Shown: positions 63,370 through 64,000 of the stretch, piece by piece
Position numbering within the stretch: the stretch's first letter is position 1
How the letters are laid out: the number at the start of each line of letters is the position of its first letter
Assembly: GCF_009914755.1 (NCBI RefSeq)
Contig: NC_060935.1
Direction: 5' to 3' (one strand)
DNA: 64,000 nucleotides
Source of the DNA: the human T2T-CHM13v2.0 reference genome, Homo sapiens
Notes under the pieces: generated by a model
Told to the model about the DNA's origin: nothing
Databases searched by the model: none
Seen by the model: the letters and a program-made list of their open reading frames with translations, nothing else
Translations under genes and position numbers: made by a program

Positions 63370-64000
<631 letters not shown>

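Overview
Repeat-dense hominid (human or great-ape type) genomic DNA with no intact cellular gene. The backbone is a minus-strand, intron-containing ENPP7-related pseudogene (ENPP7P family). Exons 2, 3 and 4 and a probable last exon lie at 20629-20780, 10689-11313, 3146-3382 and ~1521-1689; exon 1 was not found in the window. Its introns hold about 40 Alus, older MaLR/MIR/L1/hAT relics and a set of co-oriented retroviral elements. These are: an LTR12C inside a MER66-like LTR inside an AluJ; a full-length type 2 HERV-K(HML-2) provirus with LTR5A/B-type LTRs (20878-30431); an LTR1/27/28-like solo LTR; and a HERV-H provirus (43716-58640) carrying a MER11 solo LTR and a near-complete HERV-E. Main points: (1) the 'ENPP7 pseudogene' is only ~50% identical to ENPP7 as I recall it and seems to end in a transmembrane helix plus cytosolic tail, so it may be a relic of a distinct lost paralogue; (2) the HERV-E has no 5' LTR, begins 3 nt before its PBS, is flanked by a perfect 4-bp TSD in uninterrupted HERV-H pol, and carries at least 10 TGG>TAG stops (APOBEC3G-like); (3) the otherwise dead HERV-K keeps a full-length spliced rec ORF; (4) one Alu has a ~56-bp target-site duplication. 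Family names and reference comparisons are from recall, not database searches, and Alu and old-repeat boundaries are approximate.
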